Of a stretch of 64,000 bases of DNA, positions 10,780-21,051 are shown piece after piece. Source of the stretch: a bacterium (lineage in GTDB: Bacteria; Hinthialibacterota; Hinthialibacteria; Hinthialibacterales; Hinthialibacteraceae); NCBI GenBank assembly GCA_963662285.2, contig CAXXMV010000001.1, positions 864,001 to 928,000 on the forward strand. The letters run 5' to 3'. Each line of letters begins with the position of its first letter. Position 1 is the stretch's first letter. A model generated the notes under the pieces. It worked only from the letters and a program-made list of their open reading frames with translations, did not search any database and was not told the origin of the DNA. Made by a program: the position numbers and the translations under genes.

Positions 10780-12776
10780 ATGGAAAGATCATATTATTCT
10801 AATAAAATTTCAGGATTCATTTCAGATAATAATGATAAAATCCTTGGAGAATTAAGTAGAAATCATAATCATGCACTGGAAGACCTTCAAAAAGATGCAT
10901 GGATGATACAAATAAAAATATTGAAAGAATCTCTATCTAATATAAATAAAGGGCAAATTTATTTCGAATTTATAATACCAAGAATGGGAAAACGAGTAGA
11001 TAATATTATATTAATTAACGACATAGTTTTTGTTGTTGAATTTAAGGTGAACAACAAAAAATTTGAGAAGTATGCCATTGAACAGGTCATTGATTATTCA
11101 CTTGATTTAAGAAATTTTCATGAAGGGAGTCATTATGCAAAACTAATACCGATTCTAATCTCAACTGAGGCACCAAATATTGGAAATGTTTTTCACATAG
11201 AAGATAACCCAGTCGTACCAATCAAAGCCAATAAAAAGAATTTTAAGTACATAATAAATCAATGCCTTCAATTATCTTCAGGCAAAAGAATAAATCCAAT
11301 TAAATGGGAAAATTCAATTTACAAACCTACGCCTACAATTATTGAAGCAGCACAAGTTTTATACAGAGGTCATAATGTTCTCGAAATATCTCGTTCTGAT
11401 GCAGGAGCAATTAACCTATCCAAAACAACAGATTGTATAAATCAAATCATTGAAAAATCTAAAAAAAATCATGAAAATCTATTTGTTTTGTAACTGGCGT
11501 TCCTGGAGCAGGAAAAACATTAGCCGGACTTAATATTGCAAATGAAAGAATGAAAGTTGATAAGAATGAACATGCTGTTTTTCTTTCAGGCAATGGTCCT
11601 TTAGTACAAGTATTGAGAGAAGCTTTAACTAGAGATAGAAAAAATACTTCAGATAAAAATGGAAACATGCTAAAAGCAAATGATACAAGAAGAGAAGTAA
11701 GTACTTTCATACAAAACATTCACCATTTCAGAGATGAATATTTAAAATGCGACATAACTCCTACTGAAAAAGTCGTGGTTTTTGATGAAGCACAGAGAGC
11801 TTGGAACAGAAAAAAAACAAGCGCTTTTATGAAAAATAAAAAGGGGAATCCAAAATTCCAAATGTCTGAGCCTGAATTCTTAATTGATATAATGAACAGG
11901 CATGTCGATTGGTGCACAATAATATGTTTGATTGGCGGTGGACAAGAAATAAATACAGGTGAAGCAGGTCTTGAAGAATGGATCGAATCTCTTAAAAATC
12001 ATTATCCGAAATGGAATATACATTTTCCTAAGTCAATTATTTCTTGCTCTTCTTATTTTTCTTCAGATAATTTAAAAAACTGGATTAGTAAAAATGGATA
12101 TAATGGTGAAAAACTTCATCTTTCAGTATCTCTCAGGTCATTTCGATCAGAAAAGTTATCTACTTTTGTTGAAGCATTACTAAGCATTGAAAAAACAAAT
12201 GCAAAAGATATATATAACGAAATCAAAGAAGATTATCCAATACTTATTTCAAGAAATCTTGATTTATCTAAAAAATGGATCAGAAATAAAGCTAGGGGTA
12301 ATGAAAGAATAGGTATATTAGTATCCTCTGGATCTCGTAGGCTTAGACCTTGTGGTATTGACGCAGAAAATGGAATTCGGTCTGATTCTGGAAAAGATAA
12401 AATTTCAAATTGGTTTTTGAATGATAAAGAAGACATAAGATCATCATCATTTTTGGAAATTCCTGCAACAGAGTTTGCTGTGCAAGGTTTAGAGTTAGAT
12501 TGGATTTGTCTATCTTGGGGTGGAAATTTTCATTACGATAATGGCAAATGGATTTATATGCAATTCAGAGGAAATAAATGGAATAGCATTAGACAAGAGA
12601 TAAATCAAAACTACTTGATTAATACTTTTCGTGTTCTATTGACAAGAGCAAGACAAGGCATGGTTATATATATACCTGAAGGCAGTGAGGAAGATATCAC
12701 CAGACCTAAGAAATTTTATGATGGGACTTTTAAGTATTTAAAAGATATTGGAATAAACGTACTAACAGATGAATAA
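10780..12776 (+). pseudogene. DUF2075 (Schlafen group 3-like) nuclease-helicase, split by a 1-nt frameshift
   Basis: N-terminal PD-(D/E)xK-like EFIIPRMGKRVD..VVEFK; Walker A GVPGAGKT in the -1 frame after GAAAATCT (~11475); DEAQR, QGLELD, VLLTRARQG; very AT-rich. Confidence 0.85.
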
Positions 12777-12858
12777 TAATTTTCTGGCAACAATAGTATA
12801 ATAAAACATAAAAAGCGCGGTCAGCTGGATTAGATATTTCAAAAATTCAGCAAAACAG

Positions 12859-12884
12859 AAAAAGGGACGCTTGTTCAGCGTCCC
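12859..12884 (-). terminator. Rho-independent terminator after rplU
   Basis: Minus strand GGGACGC-tgaacaa-GCGTCCC-TTTTT. Confidence 0.75.
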
Positions 12885-12916
12885 GTGGTGGTTCGTAAAT
12901 TTGGGTTATGGCAGGA

Positions 12917-13231
12917 TTATTCGGAAACTATTTCCTGAATACGGATGCGGGTGTAATCCTGGCGATGACCTTGGGTGCGACGATATTGTTTGCGTTTTTT
13001 GAACTTAAAGACGATAATTTTCTTGCCGCGTCCATGAGCCATAACTGTGGCTTTTATGGATGTATTCTCGACAAAAGGCGTTCCAACGCGCAGGCGGTCA
13101 TCATCTTTTACCAACAAAACGTCATTAAGAGCAACCTCGTCACCCTCAGCGGCGGATAGCTTTTCAATTTCAATGATATCTCCAGGAGAAACGTTATATT
13201 GCTTTCCACCAGTTTTAACGATTGCGTACAT
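12917..13231 (-). CDS. rplU: 50S ribosomal protein L21
   Basis: MYAIVKTGGKQY, GHRQDYT; GGAGG RBS at 13237-13241. Confidence 0.98.
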   Translation of the reverse strand: MYAIVKTGGKQYNVSPGDIIEIEKLSAAEGDEVALNDVLLVKDDDRLRVGTPFVENTSIKATVMAHGRGKKIIVFKFKKRKQYRRTQGHRQDYTRIRIQEIVSE

Positions 13232-13281
13232 CATGTCCTCCAAAGGGCGAAGCCCGATTTTTTTACATTCACAGAACGTGA

Positions 13282-13309
13282 ATTATAGATGCATGTCAGA
13301 AAAACGCAA
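13282..13309 (-). promoter_or_regulatory. sigma70-type promoter of rplU
   Basis: Minus strand TTGCGT, 16-bp spacer, TATAAT. Confidence 0.55.
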
Positions 13310-13376
13310 TCCGTATGGCGTGTACCTGGGATATTTCAGTAAGTATATGCTGATCAGCCATATAATATATACCAAT

Positions 13377-13757
13377 CTATTTATATTGGGCCGGAGTCTT
13401 TCCTGCGGCGATGATGCTGCATGCCTGGATAATATTCAATCCCAGTTCATTGGCGCGCTGCACAACCTGGTCGTCTTCCGTACCGGGATTCAAAAAAATG
13501 GTTTCAACTTCCTTTGCAGCCAGGTCGTCCAGAACCATCAGAGTGTACTTGGGCGGTAGATAAAGGCTGGCTATATTTACCTCACCGGGGATATCCAGGA
13601 TTGATTTATAACATTTCAAGCCTTCGATAGTCTCCGCCCGTGGATTGACCGGATAGACTGTGTATCCCTGATCCTGATAAGCGCGAACCGCGATATTGCC
13701 GAATTTCTCACGGTCGCTTGATGCGCCGATAATTGCCACGCTTTGTTCTTGATTCAT
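13377..13757 (-). CDS. CoA-binding protein (YccU-like)
   Basis: VAIIGASSDREKFGN, VYPVNP, FLNPG, ACSI. Confidence 0.9.
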   Translation of the reverse strand: MNQEQSVAIIGASSDREKFGNIAVRAYQDQGYTVYPVNPRAETIEGLKCYKSILDIPGEVNIASLYLPPKYTLMVLDDLAAKEVETIFLNPGTEDDQVVQRANELGLNIIQACSIIAAGKTPAQYK

Positions 13758-13767
13758 TATAAAACTC

Positions 13768-14523
13768 CTATCTTCTAAGGCCTAAATTATTCAATTGCCA
13801 CGAAGGGACAATGGTATGCTCGTTGGTATCAAATCCCGGTGGAAGCGCACAAAATTGTTCTACCATTTCTGCGATCATTTCCGGTTCGACGTAATGTTTT
13901 TCCGGGGGATGGGGACGCCCTGTTTCATAGGCGTCGAAGAACCGCGTCTCGGTCATGCCGGGGCAGATAATGTGGACGTGTACTCCATGCTCCTGCAAAT
14001 CCTTGGCCACGCAATGGGCGAAGCCGTTCACCGCCCACTTGGACGCGAAATAGAGAGAATGATCTTTGCGGTAATACTGCGAGGATATGGATGATATAAA
14101 TATAATGCGGCCTTGTTTGGCTTTAATCATCTCAGCAGCAGCCCGTTTGGTGCATAAAAATGGTCCACGGCAATTGACGCTGATAGTTTTATCCCATTGC
14201 GCTTCATTGATTTCCTCTAAAGTCCCGGCGCCGGAAATGCCTGCATTATTAACCAGAATGGTCGCCGATCCGAAACGCTGCTCTGTTTCAAAGAACCATC
14301 GTTCGACATCGTCTTCCAATGAGACATCCGCTTGAACCGCAATTACCTCAATACCCGATGCTTCGAGTGAATCATTGGCTTCGCGTAACGCATCCTCCCG
14401 GCGGCCGCAGATGCTGATCCTGGCGCCGGACGCTCCCAATCGCCGCGCCGTGGCTAAACCGATTCCCAGACTGCCTCCGCTGATCATGGCTATTTCATTT
14501 TGAAATTTCTTGGTTATAGTCAT
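13768..14523 (-). CDS. SDR family oxidoreductase
   Basis: SGGSLGIG, LVNNAG, YFASK. Confidence 0.92.
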   Translation of the reverse strand: MTITKKFQNEIAMISGGSLGIGLATARRLGASGARISICGRREDALREANDSLEASGIEVIAVQADVSLEDDVERWFFETEQRFGSATILVNNAGISGAGTLEEINEAQWDKTISVNCRGPFLCTKRAAAEMIKAKQGRIIFISSISSQYYRKDHSLYFASKWAVNGFAHCVAKDLQEHGVHVHIICPGMTETRFFDAYETGRPHPPEKHYVEPEMIAEMVEQFCALPPGFDTNEHTIVPSWQLNNLGLRR

Positions 14524-14530
14524 TGGCGCC

Positions 14531-15259
14531 TCAATATTCTTTCCGGTGAGCGGTTGAGGTGTAGTTCAATTCAGGAACCTGAGCGTGTTCCGGCAGTCGC
14601 AGTAAAAAGTCCACCGCATCAGCAATCTCTTCGGGTTCAATCCAATCGATATCCATATCCGGTTTGCCGATTTCGTCAAAGATAGAGGTATCCGTCATGC
14701 CCGGACGCAGAGTATGAACTTTGATGCCATACTCGCATAATTCCTGGCCTATGCATCCGGCGAATCCATCAAGCCCCCGTTTTGTGGCGGAATAACATGA
14801 ATGCTGAGGGATAGACATAACCGCCACCATCGAAGATATAAATATGATGGTTCCACTTTTTTGCGCCTTCATACCTGGAACCACAGCACGGGTCATCAGA
14901 AAAGGCCCCTTAAGATTAACTGCGAATTGCGCGTCCCAATCTTCGGTGGAATTCTCCAATAGCCCGGCGTAACGGTAAATCCCCGCGTTATTTATCAGGA
15001 TATCAACCGCCCCCCAGGCGTCATTTATCTGCTTGATGCATGCGTCCACATCTTTTGATTGGGATGCATCAGTTTGAATGCCAAGAATATCGGGAGATAT
15101 CAGTCGTAATTGATCGACGGCTTTATCCAGGCTATCTTGACGACGGGCGCAGATAGCCACTTTGGCGCCAGCCCTCGCCGCTTTCACCGCAATGGCGTTG
15201 CCGATTCCCCTGCTGCCGCCTGTCACCAAAATAACTTTATCTTTGAGATATTGATCCAT
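14531..15259 (-). CDS. SDR family oxidoreductase
   Basis: TGGSRGIG, LINNAG, YSATK. Confidence 0.92.
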   Translation of the reverse strand: MDQYLKDKVILVTGGSRGIGNAIAVKAARAGAKVAICARRQDSLDKAVDQLRLISPDILGIQTDASQSKDVDACIKQINDAWGAVDILINNAGIYRYAGLLENSTEDWDAQFAVNLKGPFLMTRAVVPGMKAQKSGTIIFISSMVAVMSIPQHSCYSATKRGLDGFAGCIGQELCEYGIKVHTLRPGMTDTSIFDEIGKPDMDIDWIEPEEIADAVDFLLRLPEHAQVPELNYTSTAHRKEY

Positions 15260-15265
15260 GATAAA

Positions 15266-17080
15266 TCAGGTCGCCGCCTCCTGTCTTGCTACAGCGGATT
15301 GATCCTTATACTGCAATTGATAAAGACGGTTATATAGTCCGTCAATTTTAAGCAATTGATCATGGCTGCCCCGCTCAGCAATTTTCCCCTTGTGCAAAAC
15401 CATGATCTCATCGGACTGCTGGATGGTGGATAATCGATGGGCTACCACAAGGCAAGTGCGTCCTTTCATCAATTTTTCCATAGCTTTTTGAATCAGATGT
15501 TCGGTTTCGGTATCGACGCTGGAGGTAGCTTCATCCAGCATTAATATCCTGGGATCAGCCGCCAAAGCGCGGGCGAAGGAGAGCAATTGACGTTGACCTA
15601 CCGAGAACATGGAGCCGCGTTCTTTGACTATGCCCTGGTATCCTCCCGGCAGTTTCTCTACGAAACGATCGATCTGAACCATTTTGGCTGCATCGACAAT
15701 ATCCGATTGTGAAATATCTTCACGTCCCATGCCGATATTGTCAGCGATGTTGCCCGAAAAAAGAAACACGTCCTGTAATACAAGCCCCATTTGAGAACGT
15801 AGGGTGGTCGGGTCATACTGATTTATATTAACGCCGTCAATCAGGATTTCACCTTTTTGAATATCATAAAAACGGAACAACAAATTAATAATGGTTGATT
15901 TTCCTGAACCGGTGGCGCCGACCAGCGCCATACGCATTCCCGGTTCAATGGTAAATGATACATCACGTAATACCCAATCTTCATCATTATAGGCGAACCA
16001 TACATTCCGAAATTCAATGGTTCCATCAAACTGTTTCTGGATTGGATTTTTAACGCAGGGAAGAGTTTCATCAGTATCCAACAGTTTAAAGACGCGCTCA
16101 GCAGCAACCATCGCAGTCTGCATAATATTAAATTTATCAGCCAAATCACGGATCGGTTGCAGAAATTTCTGTGAAGCCTGCAGAAATGCCACCAGCGTTC
16201 CAAAGGTCACAACCGAAGAACCGTCTATCATCGCGCCGCCGCCAAACCATAATAAAAGCGCAATAGCCACGGAACCCAATAATTCAACTGTGGGAAGGAA
16301 AAAAGCAAAGTTTATAACGCTGCGCATGTTCGCATCATAGAATTCACTTGTGACGCCTGAGAATCGAGCGGAATTTTTCACTTGCTTACAAAAAACCTGA
16401 ACCGTTTCCATCCCAGTGATATTTTCCTGCAAGAAAGTATTCATACTGGAAAGCAGACGCCTGACTTCTCGATAGGATGACCTGATCCGTTTATGAAAAA
16501 TAAAACTGGCTAATGCAATCAAAGGAAGAACGGATACAAGAACCAGAGTTAATAGCGGGCTGAGATAAAGCATAATAGCCAGCAAACCCACAATCATTAA
16601 AATATCATTAAAAGTAAAAACGATGCAATTGGCGAACATGGAATCCAGCGCTTCGATATCGCTGGTAATGCGGGTCAAGAGGCTGCCAACCGGACGGCGG
16701 TTAAAGAAGGATAGCGACATTTTTTCTAAATGCTGAAAAAGTTCGAGCCGTAAGTCAAACATGCTTTTCTGGCTCATAACGTTGACTAAATAGAATTCGA
16801 TATATTGGAAAAAGAGACCGACCGCTAATAAGAGTCCATATATTAAAGCCAGAAAACGCAATCCGTCTTCTATACCATTCTGTATATAATGATCGACCAC
16901 CACCTTATATAAATATACCGAAGCGAAGAGCTCGATTGATGTAAAAACAGTCAATGCCAGAAAAGAATAAACCAAGTGCTTGCGGTATGGGTATATATAC
17001 GACAACAGACGTTTCATAAGGCGAACGTCGTAAGCCTTGCCAACAATTGTTTCTTCGTCAATATTATTTAAAGATCGCAT
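15266..17080 (-). CDS. ABC exporter fused permease/ATPase (MdlB/YheH-like half transporter)
   Basis: N-terminal TM domain, GATGSGKS, FSVGQRQ, LDEATSS, AHRLST. Confidence 0.93.
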   Translation of the reverse strand: MRSLNNIDEETIVGKAYDVRLMKRLLSYIYPYRKHLVYSFLALTVFTSIELFASVYLYKVVVDHYIQNGIEDGLRFLALIYGLLLAVGLFFQYIEFYLVNVMSQKSMFDLRLELFQHLEKMSLSFFNRRPVGSLLTRITSDIEALDSMFANCIVFTFNDILMIVGLLAIMLYLSPLLTLVLVSVLPLIALASFIFHKRIRSSYREVRRLLSSMNTFLQENITGMETVQVFCKQVKNSARFSGVTSEFYDANMRSVINFAFFLPTVELLGSVAIALLLWFGGGAMIDGSSVVTFGTLVAFLQASQKFLQPIRDLADKFNIMQTAMVAAERVFKLLDTDETLPCVKNPIQKQFDGTIEFRNVWFAYNDEDWVLRDVSFTIEPGMRMALVGATGSGKSTIINLLFRFYDIQKGEILIDGVNINQYDPTTLRSQMGLVLQDVFLFSGNIADNIGMGREDISQSDIVDAAKMVQIDRFVEKLPGGYQGIVKERGSMFSVGQRQLLSFARALAADPRILMLDEATSSVDTETEHLIQKAMEKLMKGRTCLVVAHRLSTIQQSDEIMVLHKGKIAERGSHDQLLKIDGLYNRLYQLQYKDQSAVARQEAAT

Positions 17081-17137
17081 GTTTTACCAAAAAATATTTT
17101 CAAAAACAGATCAAAACCAGATATATAAAATTATACT

Positions 17138-18046
17138 ATGAATACCATGCAAACCGAAGGAACTTTCAAAAACTCAAGCCAATGGAGTGACCACGTTGTT
17201 TTAACCGTCGACGTCGAAGATTACTTCATGAGTCCGGAATGCATAGCATTTGAATCATGGAACTCTTTTGAACCAGCCATTCACAAAGGTATGGAACGCG
17301 TCCTCGCTCTACTGGATGAATACCAGGCCAAAGCCACCTTCTTTTTTGTCGGCTGGCTGGCTGAGCGTTATCCTGAATTGGTGCAATGGACCGTCGAAAA
17401 AGGGCATGAAATCGCCAGCCATACCTACGATCACACTTTTGTTTCAGAATTAAACGCTGAGCAATTTGATCAAAGTTTATGCAAAAGTCTGGAAATTCTC
17501 CGCCAGCTGGCCCCCAACCAACCAGTCCATGGTCACCGGGCGCCCGCTTTTTCTCTCGATGCCAGCCAACCATGGCAATTTGAAATTTTGCGCAAAAACG
17601 GCATCGTATACGACTCTTCCATTAATCCTCGATCCACATACTTATATGGGGATAGCATGGCGAACCGCCACCCTTCTACCATTCATGGAATTGTGGAAAT
17701 GCCGCCTGGAGCAGTTAAATTCGGGGGGATGAGGATGCCGGTCGGCGGTGGAGGAACTTTAAGGATATTACCACAATGGTATCTCAAGTGGGCGCGTAGC
17801 AGATATCAAGCCGAGGGATTCCCACCAGTTATTCATATCCACCCATGGGAATTCGTCCCCGATCAACCCAAAATTAAATTACCGGCGCTGCTTCACCTGA
17901 TTCATTGGATTGGCATCAAATCCACCGTCCTAAAGATGCGAAAAATCCTTGAAGAGAACAAGATTTTAACAATGAGCCAGTATTATTCTGGCTTAACAGG
18001 CAATATTTCTGATAGTGAAAATTTGCATTACAACGATTTGCTTTGA
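17138..18046 (+). CDS. Polysaccharide deacetylase family protein (DUF3473-type)
   Basis: LTVDVEDYF, ATFFFVGW, HEIASHTYDH, RAPAFS, PVGGGG, HPWE. Confidence 0.88.
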   Translation: MNTMQTEGTFKNSSQWSDHVVLTVDVEDYFMSPECIAFESWNSFEPAIHKGMERVLALLDEYQAKATFFFVGWLAERYPELVQWTVEKGHEIASHTYDHTFVSELNAEQFDQSLCKSLEILRQLAPNQPVHGHRAPAFSLDASQPWQFEILRKNGIVYDSSINPRSTYLYGDSMANRHPSTIHGIVEMPPGAVKFGGMRMPVGGGGTLRILPQWYLKWARSRYQAEGFPPVIHIHPWEFVPDQPKIKLPALLHLIHWIGIKSTVLKMRKILEENKILTMSQYYSGLTGNISDSENLHYNDLL

Positions 18047-18133
18047 TTCAATGAATGCTATAATTCAATAATATAGACTGGTTTTCATACTATTTTTTTA
18101 TCGAATTAATGGATATTTCGGGAAGGCTCTAAA

Positions 18134-18505
18134 TTGTCTTATAATAACTTAGCAAAAGCTCCGTTCATTTTTTCCGCCAATGAAAACGAAAAAGGCATAG
18201 TGATTATTGAGGTAGAGGGTGCGGTTAATTCAAGACACTCTCCAATGTTACGTGAATCTATCCAAAAATCTTTTAAGAAAAAAAAGCGCATTGTTATCAT
18301 CAATATGGAAAAAATTGAGTATATGGATAGTTCCGGGCTAGCTACGATTGTTGAAGGAATGCAATTAGCCGAATCCACTAAAGGAAAATTCGTCCTTGCC
18401 GGAAAAATCCATCAAAAAATAATGCACCTTTTTGAGATATCGCGGCTGGATAACCTATTTGAATATTATGACTCGGTAGAAGAAGCCAAAAGCAAATTAA
18501 TTTAA
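18134..18505 (+). CDS. STAS-domain anti-sigma factor antagonist
   Basis: EYMDSSGLATIV phosphoacceptor motif, FEISRLD; TTG start. Confidence 0.88.
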   Translation: MSYNNLAKAPFIFSANENEKGIVIIEVEGAVNSRHSPMLRESIQKSFKKKKRIVIINMEKIEYMDSSGLATIVEGMQLAESTKGKFVLAGKIHQKIMHLFEISRLDNLFEYYDSVEEAKSKLI

Positions 18506-18537
18506 TCATTATCTTAAAATTTGAGAGGTTTTCATAA

Positions 18538-19086
18538 TCATTTAATTTTTCCGATATTATTCCCCATCGAATCTGTGTATAAGTACCCAACACTCCCATG
18601 ACCATTGGTTGGATCATACGGCGCGGATAAAAAGTGGAACGAGCGAATATTATCGGCATCAACCGTTTCGGTTATTTCGGTGATTTCTCTGGCGGCGCCA
18701 TTGCTCCAAACAAACCAAATCGGCTTAACATCTGTCTTTTCAGCAGGCGGCGTCCATTCACAGTGGCTCACAAATCCATAACGCAATTGCAAAAAACGGT
18801 GAGTTTGATCTTTCGCCAAAAAAGGATCAATAAGCGCCTTGGGGGGCGTATTCGGATATTCTTTGGATAAGAACGGCATCAAATTACCCTCTTGATGCTT
18901 AAAAGAATTGATCACTGGTCTTGATTCTGAATCAAAACTATCTCTAACCGCCATTGTAAGAGTGAATTTTGCATTATTGAAAAAACGTGTATTATCGGCT
19001 TCAATGCGCAACTGTTCATAACGATGAATTACCAGCCACGTAAGTATAAATATAACAGATATTAACAGTACAATTCGACGAATCAT
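18538..19086 (-). CDS. Membrane-anchored pseudopilin-like hypothetical protein
   Basis: N-terminal TM helix; DPF..W.VWSNG..YDPTNG.GS.G resembles GspG-like C-terminal region. Confidence 0.5.
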   Translation of the reverse strand: MIRRIVLLISVIFILTWLVIHRYEQLRIEADNTRFFNNAKFTLTMAVRDSFDSESRPVINSFKHQEGNLMPFLSKEYPNTPPKALIDPFLAKDQTHRFLQLRYGFVSHCEWTPPAEKTDVKPIWFVWSNGAAREITEITETVDADNIRSFHFLSAPYDPTNGHGSVGYLYTDSMGNNIGKIK

Positions 19087-19095
19087 TCATTCCCC

Positions 19096-20211
19096 TCAAA
19101 AACCGAATAATCTCTGATAATCCTTTTGGGCGAAGCGATCCGTCATTCCCGATATATAATCAGCGACAGATCTAGACAATCCATCAGTTTCAATCCGCTT
19201 TTGGAATGATAAAGGCAACTGATCAACATTCTGGTGGTAATATTCTAACAATCGGGAAAGCACAGTATGACAATGACTGCTGGCCCGCATAACCTTGGGA
19301 TGCCGATACAATTGGGCGAACAGAAAATCCTTGGCTTCATGAAGCTTAACTGACATCACATCACTATAATCAACCATATTATCTAAACACTGGCCATCGT
19401 TATTATCCAAGCGTTTACGGGTTTCATTTAAAACATCCGTCACCTGAGTATTGATAACGGCAATAATTACTTGAAACCAGGTGCATTTTTTATCCAGACC
19501 GGCATTACGCCCTTGAACAATTTCATGCGACTCCCGCCAAAGCGTTACCTGCAGAATATCCTCGGGATCAAGAAATCCAGCCGATATCCCATCATCCAGA
19601 TCATGACTGGTATAAGTTATTTCATCAGCAATATCAACCACTTGCGCTTCAATGGAGAGATTATTCGCCAGACTATTGATAGTGCCTTTATATGGCTTTT
19701 TGTTTTTCAATACCCCACGACGCAATTCAGCAGTTAGGTTCAAACCGGGGAAATCAGGATAACGCGACTCCAGGCAATCTAAAATTCGCAAAGCCTGAGC
19801 ATTATGCTCGAAACATAGGTCGTCACCGAGCAACTTATTCAAAACGCGCTCTCCGGTATGCCCGAATGGAGGATGACCCAGGTCATGCGCCAAAGCCAAC
19901 GCCTCGGTTAAATCTTCGTTAATACATAAGACTCGAGCCAAGGTGCGGGCGATTTGAGAAACTTCAAGCGTATGAGTCAAACGAGTCCGATAATAGTCGC
20001 CAGAGCCAGTCACAAACACCTGCGTTTTATACTCTAAACGGCGAAACGCCTCAGCGTGGACAATGCGGTCGCGGTCCCGTTGAAAGCAGGTGCGGTAATC
20101 ATGCTCCTTTTCTGGATAACGTCTCCCCAACGAATTCGCCGAACAGACAGCATAAGGAGCAAGTTGGTTCGCTTCTCGCTGTTCATATATCATTCGTGTT
20201 TTTTGATTCAT
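19096..20211 (-). CDS. dgt: Deoxyguanosinetriphosphate triphosphohydrolase (HD domain)
   Basis: FQRDRDRI, FRRLEYKTQVF, RTRLTHTLEV, HDLGHPPFGH, DYISGMTD. Confidence 0.95.
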   Translation of the reverse strand: MNQKTRMIYEQREANQLAPYAVCSANSLGRRYPEKEHDYRTCFQRDRDRIVHAEAFRRLEYKTQVFVTGSGDYYRTRLTHTLEVSQIARTLARVLCINEDLTEALALAHDLGHPPFGHTGERVLNKLLGDDLCFEHNAQALRILDCLESRYPDFPGLNLTAELRRGVLKNKKPYKGTINSLANNLSIEAQVVDIADEITYTSHDLDDGISAGFLDPEDILQVTLWRESHEIVQGRNAGLDKKCTWFQVIIAVINTQVTDVLNETRKRLDNNDGQCLDNMVDYSDVMSVKLHEAKDFLFAQLYRHPKVMRASSHCHTVLSRLLEYYHQNVDQLPLSFQKRIETDGLSRSVADYISGMTDRFAQKDYQRLFGF

Positions 20212-20226
20212 CTTTGCACCATCATT

Positions 20227-20829
20227 TTACCCTATCGAATCAGGCGGAATATACCCCGGCCTAACTGAACTCATGTCTACGATATCGCTGCCTACCCGGT
20301 AGCGGCTTCCTCCCAGGTAATAAATCAAGCAAGCTTCACCAGTCCAATTATTATCATAATAACATTGCTCGGCAGTAACGCTAAGCACTTCCCCAGTAAT
20401 AAAAGGTCTGTCACCCACCGGAGAAATATGCCTGACGCGGCATTCAATACTGGCCATACAATTGCTTATCAGCAAGGGACTGACAGATTTAGCTCGGGTC
20501 GTAGTTAAATTCAAATGGCTGATTTTATCAACATCACGACCCGAATGAACTCCACAAAAATGGACAGCCTTGACCATTGAACCACCAGGGACGCCTAACA
20601 GGAAATCGCCGCTCTTACGTATAAAATGATAACTTATATTGCTCGGTTTAAGTGAAATTCCAATCAAAGGTGGATCCAAACTCATGGGTGAATACCAGAC
20701 AAGCGGCATCAAAGAATTATTGCGTCCACTTCGTGAAGAAAGGAGCAGCAACGGATGAGTTAGCAGCATTTTGGAAAAACAATCATTTGCAACTACAACC
20801 ATAAGAGTAACATCTCTTTCATTTATCAT
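20227..20829 (-). CDS. Flavin reductase family protein
   Basis: SLDPPLIGIS, FCGVHSGRDVDK, ASIECRV. Confidence 0.85.
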   Translation of the reverse strand: MINERDVTLMVVVANDCFSKMLLTHPLLLLSSRSGRNNSLMPLVWYSPMSLDPPLIGISLKPSNISYHFIRKSGDFLLGVPGGSMVKAVHFCGVHSGRDVDKISHLNLTTTRAKSVSPLLISNCMASIECRVRHISPVGDRPFITGEVLSVTAEQCYYDNNWTGEACLIYYLGGSRYRVGSDIVDMSSVRPGYIPPDSIG

Positions 20830-21051
20830 TATATCATATAGACCAAACTAATGTGATAATCGTATATAAGCCATTATAATTAAATGTCTTAAAGCATAAT
20901 TTCATAAAAAAAATATCAATTCATGAACGATTGAATGCGCTATAACCGTTGCATTTCCGCGCTGCAATAATTACAATCGCTCATACCGTACATATTTCTT
21001 AGCGCCAAATTCCTGGCGTTAACAGACCAAAAGAAATGAGAGTAAACGACT

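Noticed and set aside
11461-11468. A8 tract as a programmed -1 frameshift site for DUF2075
   Set aside because: The -1 frame meets TGA at 11472-11474, before the Walker A segment.
20999-21022. CIRCE-like inverted repeat TTAGCGCCA-N6-TGGCGTTAA before the J-TPR gene
   Set aside because: CIRCE is TTAGCACTC-N9-GAGTGCTAA; both arms and spacer differ. More likely a 5' UTR hairpin.
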